Shown here: piece after piece, positions 37,380-49,975 of the stretch | How positions within the stretch are numbered: the stretch's first letter is position 1 | How the letters are laid out: the number at the start of each line of letters is the position of its first letter | From: Lama guanicoe | Taxonomy: Eukaryota | Reading direction: 5' to 3' | DNA: 64,000 nucleotides | NCBI GenBank assembly: GCA_013239625.1 | Contig: MU053934.1 | Location: 775,285 to 839,284, forward strand | Position numbers and translations under genes: made by a program | The notes under the pieces: model-generated | The model's database searches: none | The model's input: only the letters and a program-made list of their open reading frames with translations | What the model was told of the DNA's origin: nothing

Positions 37380-37870
37380 TGTAACTGAGAGGATGGTTGC
37401 TGATTTCCGTCGTGCTGGGTCCAGCTGCTTACACAATGGCCTCAGTCTTTCTCTCTTTCTCTCTTCTCCCACTCCTTTCCCACCTCCTGGCTTTATTTCC
37501 TGTTGGGTTGGTTTCATCCTTAAATAAGCCTTCCTCACACAGCGAGTCTCACATCTCCAGACTTAAATTATGTTTTTATGTAATAATCCCTGTGGAAAAA
37601 AGAAGAGCTATGATTTCTCAATTGTCGCTGCAAAAGTTCTGGAATTCATGATGATTGGATCTACTGCAGTCAGATATTCAAGCCTGAACCCATCACTTTG
37701 GCCAGAGGCACTTCAGTGATTAGCCAGGGCTGACTCATGTGCCCATTTCTGGATCAGGGGAGGACTGAGTCACCCGTACTGAATTCACAGAGAGCCGACA
37801 CCAGAGGAAGGGAAGATGAAGACATGCAGGCAAACGCAGCCAGGATCAGGAGCGCTGTCTTTCCACTCTT
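37380..37870 (-). mobile_element. MLT1K-like MaLR LTR remnant
   Basis: tgattggatc...aacccatcactttggccagagg...gattagccagggctgactcatgtgccca. Confidence 0.55.
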
Positions 37871-38149
37871 CTCCAATGGAAGGACACCAGCCGCACCCAT
37901 TTGCTATCACTTCTCTTCCCCGCTGGCCTTCTCCATTCTGCCCATCTCTCTAATCTGCTTCCACCTCCTCCTCCATTACTATTTAATTATGTAACTTTAG
38001 ATGACCCACTAGACCTTACTGGACCTCAGCTTTTTCAAAGAATACATAGTAAGCATCCTATAATGTTTAGATGCTGTTGTCACAAAGCTGTACAAAGGGT
38101 AAGATAGAAAGCTTGCCTTCTAGGAGCGCATGATCTGTGGAAGGTGGTG

Positions 38150-38530
38150 AGACTGAGCTGTTGGGTGCTAGTCTGTTACTTACGTAGATGCTGGGTTAGC
38201 TGGGATTTGGCTTGTCTGGGTTAGGCTGGGCTTGGTTTCAAGCTGCAGTTTGGGTACAAACCTGCTCCCTGCACTTGCCATTCTCCTTGGACCAGCATCT
38301 ACCCTTAAGTGTTCTCCCAGCAAAAGGCAGAAATGCAAGAAGGCAGGCCTGGCTGTGCAAGTCCATTTCAAGCCTCTCTTTGTATCACATTCTCTAATAA
38401 TCCCATTGGCCAGAGCCAGTCACATGTTAAAGCACAAAGCCAAGTACATCTAGCCATGCCAAGAATGCAGGTGTGTAATGTTATCACAGGGGAATACTAA
38501 GTTTGGGGCCAGTAATTCAACCTGCATCAT
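38150..38530 (-). mobile_element. MLT1H/I-like MaLR LTR
   Basis: attctccttggaccagca...ggcagaaatgcaaga...catttcaagcctct...tcccattggccagagccagtcacatg. Confidence 0.7.
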
Positions 38531-39175
38531 ATTTATTTAATACCAAGTAGAAAGTCAGGGATGTGATAGGAGAGATACAGATAGAAATGTCAAAAGAGCT
38601 CAGAATTAGAAAAACTTACCTCTAACTGCTTGAGAGTTCATGGAGAATATTGTGGAAAAGGGGTTGATTGAGATAAATTTTGTAAGATAAGTGAAGATTT
38701 GGATTCCCAGGCATTAGGAAAGAAAAGGAAAAGTCCAGGCAGACAGAGTAGTTCTCAACAAAGGCATGAAAGCAGGGGCATGTCCAGAAATAATGAGAAC
38801 TTTAACTTGGCCAGATTTGTGGAGGGAAGTTATGGTTATCAGGGAAAGCTGGGGCCACTGAGGGCCCCAGTCAGCTTACAGACTGAACAGCCCTGAGGGT
38901 TAAAGAGACCAGAAGATTCCTTTCAGATATTCAGGAGCAAGTGGCCATCAATAACTTTTGCCAATGAGGGAAAACTTAATGACCCACACAAGCAAAATAC
39001 AGCAACCAGCAAGATGGCAGCCGCTTAAGAACAGAGTGACGTTATGGGTGGCCCTCAGCCAGGCTGGCAACAGCATTCACCATCTGGACATGCAGCAGCG
39101 AGGGGTACAGGGTAACCAGGCTTCAGAGAAAATAGGGATTAAGAAAACGATTTTAAACAAACTTGTATCTTATAA

Positions 39176-39250
39176 TATGAAAATGAATACATGTATGTAT
39201 ATGCAAGACTGGGACATTGTAACTGACTATACTTCAATTAAAAAAATAAA
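39176..39250 (+). mobile_element. Tiny camelid L1 3' terminus
   Basis: atatgaaaatgaatacatgtatgtatatgcaagactgggacattgtaactgactatacttcaattaaaaaaa. Confidence 0.8.
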
Positions 39251-39779
39251 CAAAATGACAACAACAAGCCAAATCTATTTTACTTGTTCAGGAGAGGCTG
39301 ACACCCTTCTCAGGTTAGGAGACATAGTCAAAGAAGTTCCTGAACTTAACAGGACAAAAGGGATTCAGAGTTCGATCATGAGGCTAAGTTCCAGTTCCAT
39401 CATTTATTGACTGGGTGGCTTTAGACACATTATGTCACCTTTTATGGGCCTCAGTGTCCTTGTCCATAAACTGGGAGTTAATAACACCTGGGACTGTCAC
39501 GATAAGCAAATGTGATGGTATGTGGTATGGAGGAACAGAGACGTTTGTGGGACAGGACTGTGGAATAAGGAAAGGGATCTGAGGGAATCAGTGACGCTAG
39601 CAGCTGGAGCATCAGTGAAGCGAGCGCAAGAGGAAGGAGAAGAAAGTTGGACCAATGTTGGGCAGTTCTGCTCACCATCTGCTGCAATTTTCCTTTTATG
39701 TTCTCTTCTATACTGGACATTTTGGGGATGTGAAAATGATATTCTCAGTTGAAGGTACAGTTTTTGATGTAAAATGTTG

Positions 39780-40225
39780 CCAGTCAGACACATGTGAGAC
39801 TTGGATTCAGAATTGAGATGAGTGGGAAGGGACAGGATACATGAAGTGTCTATGTTGCCGGTGTCCGGACCGCTCTGGCTCTAGAGGGGTCAACATCCTG
39901 CTGGTGGCTTCCTGAACTCCGCGTCACTCTTCAGGCAGGTTGTTCCCGGATCTGCTCTCGGGGCATCGGGCTCCTGAGGCCTGGATTGTGGAGGAGGTAG
40001 TAGGAACGCTGGCCTTCTGATTCTCCAAGTAGCCTTATTGTCGCAGAGGCTCCTGTGATGAGCCAGTTCTGGGGTGCTCTAGAATCATTCCTGGTTGTTC
40101 CTTACCTAGAACGTACCTCTCCAGACCTTATAATGATTTTACAAGCATTTGATTCCTTGTCTCAAATGCCTTAAAAAAAATAAAGCAGAATTCATTTTTG
40201 TTATCTACCATTGGGCCCCAGCTGG
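39780..40225 (+). mobile_element. LTR41-like ERVL LTR remnant
   Basis: ccagttctggggtg...aatcattcctgg...ctccagaccttataatgattttacaagcatttgattccttg. Confidence 0.5.
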
Positions 40226-40739
40226 CACACTGGGGTGGATGTATCTTTAAAGGCACCGTCTGGCTCAGTCCTTCTCTAACCTCTTCCAGCTTTAACATCC
40301 AAAAGCCTCCTGGACACCTCTTTTTGGACCATCTGCCTGTCGGTTTGCTACTCCCAATCCAACCTAAATACTGTGGCCAGATTTATCTTCTCAAAAGCAA
40401 ATTACTAATCACGTACCTTGGGATTTCCAGTTTCAAATGACAGAGAGAGAGAGATTGTTTCTCCTTTCTCCCCTTGGAGGTCACCCTCAAAGCAACAAGG
40501 ATTATGTAGAAAGAAAGAAAAGCTCGATCTCTAGTGAAACCAGGAGACATCTGTAACCCTGAACCACAATACATACAGAGGAGCTGCCCTACGCAGTGAA
40601 GCTCAAATGAGGCGAGGGAAGGAAACAGACCGCATGCTCACAGCTACAGACCTCAGGAGGATATGGCCGAACGCATTCTCCAAAGTTCATGGCACGTCCA
40701 GAGGGCAAACCCAGTGAGCCCTTATTTGGAACAATGGAA

Positions 40740-43020
40740 GCTGATATGTAAATTGATGGCAGGAGCTTCCCTGAACAGTTTGGCCTAAAGGAGAAACAGG
40801 GGAGATAGGACTGAATGAGAAATTCACACAGACAAACCCTAAATCCAGGAAGTAGTCCGCAGGTGAGGCAGGGTAGGCAGAACAGCCAGGTGGTTTTTGC
40901 CTGAGCAAGTTGAAGGCTAGAGGACCAGTTACCAGGATGTGGAAGGGTGAAGACGAAAACTCACTGGATAACGTCAGGATAGAATGGGAGGTGAGGAAGA
41001 CCAACGAGAGTTTTACTATAAAGGGAAGCAGGACAATGGGGTAGGAGCCGCAGGAAGGTGGAGTTGAAAAGTGTGATGGTTGATTTTATGTGTCTGCTGG
41101 ACTGGGTCATTGATATTTGGTTAGACATTATTTCTGGGTGTGCCTGTGAGTGTGTTTTGGATGAGATTAGCATTTGAATTCATAGACTGAATAAAGCAGT
41201 TCTCAGTGTAGATTTCCCTCCCCAAGGCGGATGGGAATCATCCAATCTGTTGAGGGCTTGAACAGAACAAAAATGTGGAGGAAGGGAGAATCTGCTCTCC
41301 CAGCCTGACTGCTGAGCTGGGACACCTTCTCCTGCCCTCAGGCTGGGACTTACATCATCGGTGCTTCTGGTTCTCAAGCCTTTGAACTTGGACTAGAATT
41401 CACAGCACTGGTTCTCCTGGTTCTCAGGCCCTTGGACTCAGGTTGGAACTACATCAGTGGCTCTCCCTACTTGCATGGTCTCCAGCTCTCAGGTGCCAGA
41501 TTGTGGGACTTCTTCATCTCCAAAACTGCATGAACCAATTCCTCATAATAAGTCTCTTTCTATCTATCTATCTATCTATCTATCTACCTACCTACCTACC
41601 TACCTATCATCTATTTATTATCTATCTATCTATCATCTATCTTGTATGGATTCTGTTTCTCTATGGTATCTCTACTAATATAAGGAATGCAAGTATGTTA
41701 GTATGCTTATGGTAATCATTTAAATGAGACAGGATGGGACCCGCTGCACAGGAGAAGGATTTGACTTTTAATAGGAGCATGTGTAGTTCGTCATTGACAA
41801 CAGAAGCGGACAAAGTATATGAGAATAAATCTGGCAGGTTCGTGTATGTGGTGTGGGGAGCGTATCTGAGTTCTCTTTGCATCACGTGCATTTCTTCAAA
41901 GAAACAGAAAGCAATGTAATCAGAGCAAAACAAGGAAGGAGACCTGAGGAGTCTAGGAGAGAGGGAAAATGAAGGCGCTAAGGAGAATTATTGTGATTGT
42001 TGAGTGTTCCTAAAGGGCTCATATGAATGAAGTGGTCATAGGTTTGAAGTAAGCCCCGGCGAAATATGTGCATGTGCGAGTGTGTATGTGTGTATGTGTG
42101 TGTGTCTGTGCGCACACACGTGCACTCAAGCACGCGTGCATCCAGACCAACACAATAAAGGGAGAAAATGGCAGGGTGTTTGAAGATATAGGCAAGGGAA
42201 CATGAAATCTGAGATGGATAAACTGGGAGGTAAGGGTATGAAGTAGGGGACAGTAAAATGATGGTAGAATCAGTATGTGGAAGGTCCTCACTGGATTATT
42301 GGTGCTGGGAAAGAATGAACTGGGAAGTTCCAAGGAAGCAGGGCTTAGAAAACCCGAAACAGTTCAGGAGGGACTGCAGTTAGTCACAATGATAAGAACT
42401 GCATGTAATTATAAAAACAGGAGACCAAGTTAGGTGGAGAATGAGATCCTTGAAATGAAGGGTCAAAGAAATTTAGAAAATATGCTATGAGGAGGAAGTG
42501 ATGATATTGAAATAATTCAGAATGATGTTTAGGGAGTTGCAGTGACTGAGGTGCCAAATCTTTGAGCGATGGGGGGATTGATCTGGGTTTCTATAGATGA
42601 CTGCAAGAAGGAAGGGTAGTTGTGATGTAATATGATGGCATAAGCCTCGAAGTCAATGTTTTCAAGGAGAAAAGGGTGAAAATTGTCAGAAAAAAAGCAA
42701 TGATGAATGAGAGGGGTAAACACCACATCTCCAGGTCCAGAGGTGCAGAGGGAGGTGAGGGAATCAGCCAGCCCTGAGAAGCTTGTAGGAGATAAAAATT
42801 GTCCTTAGTTAGGGCCAGACTTCACTTTGAGGGGAAAGAGGAAGGGGTAGTTCAGAACAGATGTGAGACTGTAAGGGATTTTGCTGATAATGGGCTATGA
42901 GTTCCAGAAGGCAAAGAAGTTAAGTTTTCCAGAAGTGAAAGCAAGGTAGAGGAGTGGTTAGATTAAATAAAAAATTTTACCATGTGGGAATGAAAGTCCA
43001 AATGGTAAGTGACATCCAGA
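40740..43020 (-). mobile_element. Long L2 remnant (ORF2 region), split by MLT2
   Basis: atgggacccgctgcacaggagaaggatttgacttttaataggagca...; gactgaggtgccaaatctt...; gattttgctgataatggg. Confidence 0.7.
41072..41680 (+). mobile_element. MLT2 (ERVL) solo LTR with internal (TCTA)n
   Basis: tgtgatggttgattttatgtgtc...gatatttggttagacattatttctgggtgtg...attctgtttctct...actaatata. Confidence 0.9.
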
Positions 43021-43519
43021 GGGTCTGAGAGCTCCGGTGGTTCTGACAACAGGGATACAGGCATGATGACATGAGTCTTGAGCATTTCCTAGGCAGTTTG
43101 TGGTGCTGGTTGTGTCTTCTTTGCATGTGAGTGTGGGTTGGTTGAAAGATTGGGTTCATTTAAGGATCAAGCCAAGCTCTGAGGCTTCATCATTCTTTCT
43201 ATAAAATATTACTATAAAGCAGATTTTTAAAAAGAAATATTTTATCATTATGTAAAAAAAAATCTCAACAAAACAATCACCTCCATAAAATTAGTCTAAA
43301 GTGAGCATACAATAGGTCAGAGAAAATATGATAAAATGACAAAAAGTGTTTAAATATGAGCTGGCAGGACTCGGCGGGGAAAAGAAGAGAAAGATAAAAA
43401 TGGATCCATCACAAGAATGAAGGTTCTTTTGATTGGAAAAGGCTCATGAGTAGACTATGCATGAATGAAAACATAATGAGGGACATGGAAGAGAGAATGA
43501 GAAAAGTGAGTTACAGCTG

Positions 43520-44080
43520 TAAAAATGAATAAAATAATGCCATTTGCAGCAACATGGGTGTAATTGGAAATTATCATACTAGGTCAAGTGAGCCAGGAAG
43601 AGGAAGGAAAATACCACATGATATCACTTATATGTGGAATTTGAAAAAAGGGGCACCAATTAACTTATTTACAAAACAGAAACAGACTCACAGACATAGA
43701 AAACAAACTTATGGTTACCAGGGGGGAAAGGGGAGGGTGGAGGGATAAACTGGGAGTTTAGAATTTGCAGATACTAACTACTATATATAAAATAGATAGA
43801 AAACAGGATCCTACTGTATGGCACAGGGAACTATATTCCATACCTTGTAATAGCCCAGAACGAAAAAGAATATGAAAAAGTATATATATATGAAAAATAT
43901 GAAAAAGTATATATATACACACACACACACAGATTTGCTGTATGGCACAGGGAACTATATTCAATACTTTGTAATAACCTACAATGGAAAATAATATATA
44001 TATAGAACTGAATCACTTTGCTGTACACCTAAAACTAACACAGCATTGTAAATCATCTATACTTCAATTAAAAAAAAAAA
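43520..44080 (+). mobile_element. Cetartiodactyl-type L1 3' end with internal duplication
   Basis: aataatgccatttgcagcaacatgg...acagactcacagacatagaaaacaaacttatggttacc...tatacttcaatt-polyA. Confidence 0.92.
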
Positions 44081-44999
44081 GAATCAGCTAAACTTGGGTG
44101 GGAATGAAAAAGAGGATGTAAGAGGAGGAGAAAACGTACTGTTGTCACAATTCATATTAGGGAGCTGATGGATACTGGCTAAAGAATAGAGAATTAAGCA
44201 TCACACTAGTTACAGTTACAAAGGCAACCACTAGAACAGACAAACAAAATCCCAAACTTTCCAAAATATGAGCAGAAAAACATGTCCACACAACTTTTAA
44301 AAAAAAAAAGGAAGAAGAAAATCAGACTTTTTAAGGAAAGATTTAAAAAACTTCAATGATAATGGGAGAGAATGAATATTAAACATGATTATTTGGAGCT
44401 GAACAGCGCTTTTCCTGTTCTTAATGTTTCTTTCCGCGTGGCAAGTTTGTTCTGCTCCTCGTGAGCGCTCTGCTCTCTGCCTCTTTGGACACTCTGCCCG
44501 AGGGGAGGCGAGGTGATTTGTCTGTTTGGTAAATGTAGAAGAAGTAAACTGATGGCAGTGCTCTCAGCTCCTCTCGGGAGCTGCCCTTGGGGTATGTGAG
44601 TTCTAAGCCGCTCCTCCAGGCAGTGACTCTTTATCTCTGCTTAGGGCCTTGGGCCAATCTCGGCAGGTTTGCCTGTGTCTGAGCGGGTAAGGCTGAAACG
44701 CATGGGTTCAGTTTTAGAAAACCTACGAACAGGACTCACATAATCCAGCCTAGCCTTAGTCAATACCAACAACAATATTTTGACTTGATATTCTCGTTCC
44801 TCAAACTGTTCTGTACACAGGTGTGGGAGGGAAAGACACTTACCAGGCCCTCACCAACGACCCTCGCAATGGTAATTTGGGGTTTTTGAAGAGCTCATCT
44901 CAAAGATGAAATGTTTGCAAAGCATTTATGGTAGGTGGCTCACAAGTGCGTTTAAATGAGTGAGTGGCTGCATTTTAGAACTTCAGAGGAAGAGGACTG

Positions 45000-45310
45000 T
45001 TAGTTCTGGTGTGGCCGAAAGCAAGGATGTGGAAACACAGGGACTGTAGGTTGGTCATCCTTCCATCCGTGCACAGAGCAAAGAGACAGCTACTCTGCAT
45101 GGGAAAAGGGTGACTTGTGGCCATCTTGCTCCCTGCTGGCTTCCCAGTTTCTGATTCCAGACCTTTGTGGGGCCCAGTGACGCTCTACTCCCTTGGGTTC
45201 TGTAAGTCATGCTTGTCTCCTCCTAAAACATCCTCCTCACTTTTATGTTTGCTGTGTCAGCTCATTTGAAGTGAGTTGTTTCTACCATCAGTCAAAGGAC
45301 TTGACTAACC
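45000..45310 (+). mobile_element. MLT1-like MaLR LTR remnant
   Basis: cagtttctgattccag...ccttgggttctgtaag...agtcaaaggacttgactaa. Confidence 0.5.
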
Positions 45311-47232
45311 CATGAGATGCTGGAAGATGCTTTCTAAGTTTGCAGAATTTTTGAGAATTCTGAGTCTGGGCCAAACAACCAGAATACTTTATAGAAAGAG
45401 CCAGGGCGCTTGTGTGGCAAGGAAGCAACCACTGGGTTTTTCTCAGCGGACTGCGGTGGGTGGGTCTGAAGTCAAACTCTTCCAGGAACCATCACTTGGA
45501 GAGAAGCCATAGGCAGCCAGAAATATTTTTTTAAAAAATGCAAAGGCCAATATGTAGCAGTTAAAGTTCCAGTCTTCCCACCTCATGAATCATCAGCAAA
45601 GTGCAGAGCTTCTGAACGCTAACCAGTTGGGTACCACATTAATTCTACTGTGTAATTCTCTAAATTCTACCCGTCTCACAGATGGAGTCCAAAACCCAAA
45701 TATCAGCCTGCTCTATTCTGATTCGAGCTCTCATTTGCCTGTGCTCTGCTTTCTCGAGAGCCTGGGGTGACTGATTGCAGACCCTGGACTTTTGCAGGCT
45801 TAAACTAATAGGTGTGGAAAGTGTCTGTTCTGGGATGGAGGTGACCCGGAAACTGGCAACAGAGTGGGAGGAACCTTCGGTACACAAGCTGGGACTGAGA
45901 TGAGCTTCTGCACTGGGGGGTAGATAATTCCAGTTCATAAACAGATCCCAAACCGCCGACGAATAAGGTCTGGTTGTCGCTTCGCATCCACAACGGTGTC
46001 TGGCACACAGCAGGGACACAACAAATATTTGTTGAATATTGAATGAAGTCTGTTGAACCTCCCATATTTGTTCTCATGTTACATGCTTCTCTCTTTGGAA
46101 GCATTTAACACAATAATGCTTTCATTTACTTAAGTATTTCTTTGATCAATAGCCATCTTCCCAACCAGAGAAGCAAGGGCGAAGGGGCCACGTTTACACT
46201 GGCTCACTATTGGGTTCCCGAGTGCAGAGCACAGTGTTTGTATATTCTTTAATTTTAATAAATATTTAGGGGATAAATAAACAGTGTCTTTATTTATGAA
46301 GTATATGCTTGGCAAAAACTGGTTCAGAAGGCTGAGTGTTTAATTTGAGTGGAGTTCAAGACCTCGCCCATGGCCATTTGAATGACCTCTTGGCAAGGCC
46401 ATGAGTTCTCTCTCTTCCCTCCTTCCCAGATGCTAAGGGACTGGCCGTTAGTATTTGGCCTTTTTCCCCTCTTCTGCCTGGAATGAGAGAGTTGATCTTT
46501 ATCAAATCAGGGTCTGTCAAAATGAAATGTAGCAACCCCAGCTGTCTGCCACTTCAGCAAGAGATTTACTGTGTAGAACCAAAGGGACACAGTTCACAGC
46601 AGGAGTAATGCCCCAGCCATCTGCAGGTGAGGCCATCTGGGTGACCCCTTGCCTCTGTGGACCTTATTCTTCCCTGTCACTCTCGCTTGATCAGCTGGGT
46701 CTTCTTTCGGACTTTTGAAGTGAGGCTGGAGAAGGGGATAAAAGGCTGGGGTCCTGCAGCTCGGGAAACCTATAGCACCCAGACCAAGCACCAGGGAGGT
46801 CTCTTCAGAGGCTCCGTTGAAGTTTCTGGGGCAGCAGGATGGGGTTCTCTGTCTACTTCAACTTCTCTGTCCCTCTCATTCATCACTCCTAATTTGCATA
46901 ATATGACATATTGAATTTATACTCTGAAAAGTAATCAGCATCACCATGAGAGGTTTTTTTTGCGTAATCGGTGCTTGCTCTGCATCTTGACGGGACTTGA
47001 TGATGCAGATCCAAGGGTGGCTGCTGAGATGTCTGGCCTGAACACAGAGGAAAGACCACATCATAATGAAACAGGGATCCTTGAAGAAAATAATAGAAAA
47101 ACAGGGAGGGACATGGAGAGATCATGGACTTTCTGGTGTTCATGAAGCCATGAATTGGCACCGATTAGAAAGTGATGTGCATTCATCAGAATGCCTTCAT
47201 TTGCAAGTGGCAAAAACTTAATTCAAAAGTTT

Positions 47233-47643
47233 GAGAAACATATGGTATCACTTATATTTGGAATCTAAAAAAAATCATGCAAATGAACTTATTTACAAAA
47301 CAGAAACAGACTCAGACGTAGAAAACAAACTTACGGTTACCAACAGGGAAAGGGGGCAGAGGGATACATTGGGAATTTGGGATTAATAGATACACACTGT
47401 TGTATATAGAATAGATAAACAGCAAGGACCTCCTGTATAGCACAGGGAACTATATTCAATATCTTGTAATAACCTATAATGAAAAAGAATCTAAAAAAGA
47501 ATATATATATATATGTATATATATATATAGAGAGAGAATATATATATACATATACACACATTTTATTTATATATATATATCTCCAAATCACTTTAATGTA
47601 CACCTAAAGTATTGCAAATCAACTATACTTCAATTTAAAAAAA
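47233..47643 (+). mobile_element. Cetartiodactyl-type L1 3' end
   Basis: catatggtatcacttatatttggaatcta...gcacagggaactatattcaatatcttgtaataacctataatgaaaaagaat...caactatacttcaatttaaaa; short TSD aaaagttt. Confidence 0.9.
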
Positions 47644-47853
47644 GTTTACGGAAGTTAAAAAGAGAATTTTATTGACCCACGACACTGGGAAGTCCCAGTG
47701 GTGAAGGAAGCATTTAGGCAAGACTGGATCCAGGCACTTGGAAAATACCGCTGGGAATCCGTCTTTTTCCTCCTGGCTGTTTTCTTCTGGAAAAGCTTAA
47801 TTCTCAAGCTTTCTTTCTCCAGCGTGGCTGCTGTCAGTTTGAGGCTGACATCA

Positions 47854-48020
47854 TAGAATTGCCAGACTCATCAAGTGAAAATACAGAAGGCCCAGTTAGA
47901 TGTGAATCTCACATAAACAACTAATACCTGCTTTAGTGTAAGTCTGTCCCATGCAGTATTTGGGACGTACTTATACTAAAACATGTATCGGTCATTCCTT
48001 ATTTTGCGTGGCCACCCTTA
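47854..48020. mobile_element. MER53 palindromic hAT MITE (one arm partly deleted)
   Basis: ttgccagac...cccagttagatgtgaatctcacataaacaac...tttagtgtaagtctgtcccatgcagtatttgggacgtacttatactaaa...tggccaccct. Confidence 0.8.
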
Positions 48021-48414
48021 CAGGACCATCTGTTATCTGCAGAGCCAATAACTTCAGAAGAGCACAGCTCCCTCTCTTACACAATCTATCCTTAAAACAG
48101 TTCTGATTGGCTGGCCAATGTCATACATTCATCCCTGTGATTGGGGAGGTGGGTCCAGGTGATTAAAGACCCCAGTGGGGAGAGGCCGTTCAGTCAGTCA
48201 CTATGTGAGAAACTCTCCTTTGTGCTAGGCCCCAGTCTAAGTGCACAGATTCAGCTGCGAACACGATAGATGGGCATCCTGGCTGTAAGGAGCTTACCTT
48301 CTGTTGCGGGTGGGAGGGGGCGGACGATGAATATGTTTATAAATAAATAGGATAACTTCATGTACTGATAAATGCTATGAAGAAGATAAAATAAGATACT
48401 GGGGTGGGAAGCAT

Positions 48415-48860
48415 CTGAGGCTATTGTTGCATCCCCTGCAAACAGATACATGAAGTCCTAACCCCCAGGACCTATGAATGTGACCTTATTTGAACATAGG
48501 GTCTTTTCAGACGTAATCAAATTAAGATGAGCTCATACTGTGTTAAGGCAGCCCCTAATCCAATGAGTGGTGTCCTCTTTTAGGAAAGGAAATGTGGGCA
48601 CAGACAGAGAGGACGATGCCATGTGATGATGGAGGCAGAAACTGGTGTGATGCATCTAGAAGCCAAGGAATGCTGAAGGGTTGCTGGCATCCACCAGAAA
48701 CCAAGAGAGAGAGACACAGAATAGATTCTCCCCTAGAGCCTTCAGAGGGATGTGGCCTGGCTGCCACTTTGATTTCAGACTTTCGGCCTCCAGAAGTGTG
48801 AGGGACTAAATTTCTGTGGTTTTAAGCCATCCAGTTGTAGTCATTGATTTGGGCAGCTTG
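48415..48860 (+). mobile_element. MLT1B/C-like MaLR LTR inserted in an L2
   Basis: gaagtcctaacccc...gaatgtgaccttatttgaacatagggtctt...gattctcccctagagccttcagaggga...ttttaagccatccagtt. Confidence 0.88.
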
Positions 48861-49790
48861 GCTGAGTAGTCAGAAGGGACCCCTCTGAGGAGGCAGCATT
48901 GGATCTGAGACTGGAAGGATGAGGAGGGGCAGTTGTGGGAACCTCCAGAGGAAGAAAACTTAAAGGAGAAGGAACAGGAAGTGTGGAGCCCTGGGACCAG
49001 GCATAGCGGTATTTGGGGCCGTGGGGCTGGAGCACAGAGGAAGAGGACCAGAGAGAGAGGGGTGCTCTCCGAAGACCAGGCAGCTCCCTGAGGGCAGGGA
49101 GGCTGGGGGCAGCAAAGACTGGATTTACATCCTATCTCTGCCACTTTCTCACCGTGTGATCTTGTTTCTTAACTTAGAATGTGCATTTGAGTTTCCAAAT
49201 ATAAAATGTCCATGGAAATGGACATTTTGAATCCAAGAGCTAGCTCCCGAATGAGCCTTCTTCGTTTGTTGTTTTTGCAACCTTGGATATCCTGTGAAAT
49301 TTCATTCCCATCCTAAACCCATGTGGACTTCCATTGTCTTTTGTAATCATTTGCAATCTGTCTGGGCCATAACTCCTAAAATGTTTTTGCCTCATGGACT
49401 GGTACTCTGCCCAAGTTCTCTTGGTCTCTAATCATTGCCTTGTCCATTCCTGGTTTTGATTTTAATGCCTACATCTGATGCTGATAGCTCGTGGCCCAAG
49501 CCTGGCTCCATGAATGAGCAGGGGCAGAGCTGCAGTAATTTAGAGCTGCGAGTTAGCCGTGAGCAGGGGACAGCATTGACGCATTCGTAGTTTCTCTTAG
49601 GACTTAATAGCCTACACCTGCACAATGACTAGGGTTAGAGTTCAGCATGCCAGTGAGAAATATCACTGACCTGCATTCATGAGGTTGATCCCATGACCTT
49701 GTCCTTATCAGCATCACATGGCAGTCAGCTGGCCCAGATTGATAGATGAAACTCTTCTCTGATGTTGAATAAGAACGACTGTTCCTTAAG

Positions 49791-49975
49791 CCAGTGGTTC
49801 TCAAACTTGAGTGAATGTCGGAATCATCTGGAGGGCTTGTTAGAGCACAAATTCCTGTTGTTTACCCTCAGAATTTCGGATTCAGTAGGCCTTGGGTGGG
49901 GCCTGAGAACTGGCATCTCTAGTGAGTTCCCAGGTGGTGCTGTAGCTGCTGGTCTGGGGACCCCTCTTCCCACTG
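49791..49975. mobile_element. MER5A hAT-Charlie MITE
   Basis: cagtggttctcaaacttgag...gaatcatctggagggcttgtta...gattcagtaggccttgggtggggcctgagaa...ccactg. Confidence 0.9.

Larger units (their letters stand above)
47180..48170 (-). mobile_element. MLT1K/L-like LTR hosting L1 and MER53 insertions
   Basis: cagaatgccttcatttgcaagtggcaaaaac...tttattgaccc...caagactggatccagg...ttctgattggctggcc. Confidence 0.6.

Noticed and set aside
38958..39410. 150-aa ORF
   Set aside because: Reads through an L1 3' terminus and into a MIR; chance ORF
47930..47980. Long imperfect inverted repeat (pre-miRNA-like)
   Set aside because: Intrinsic central palindrome of MER53
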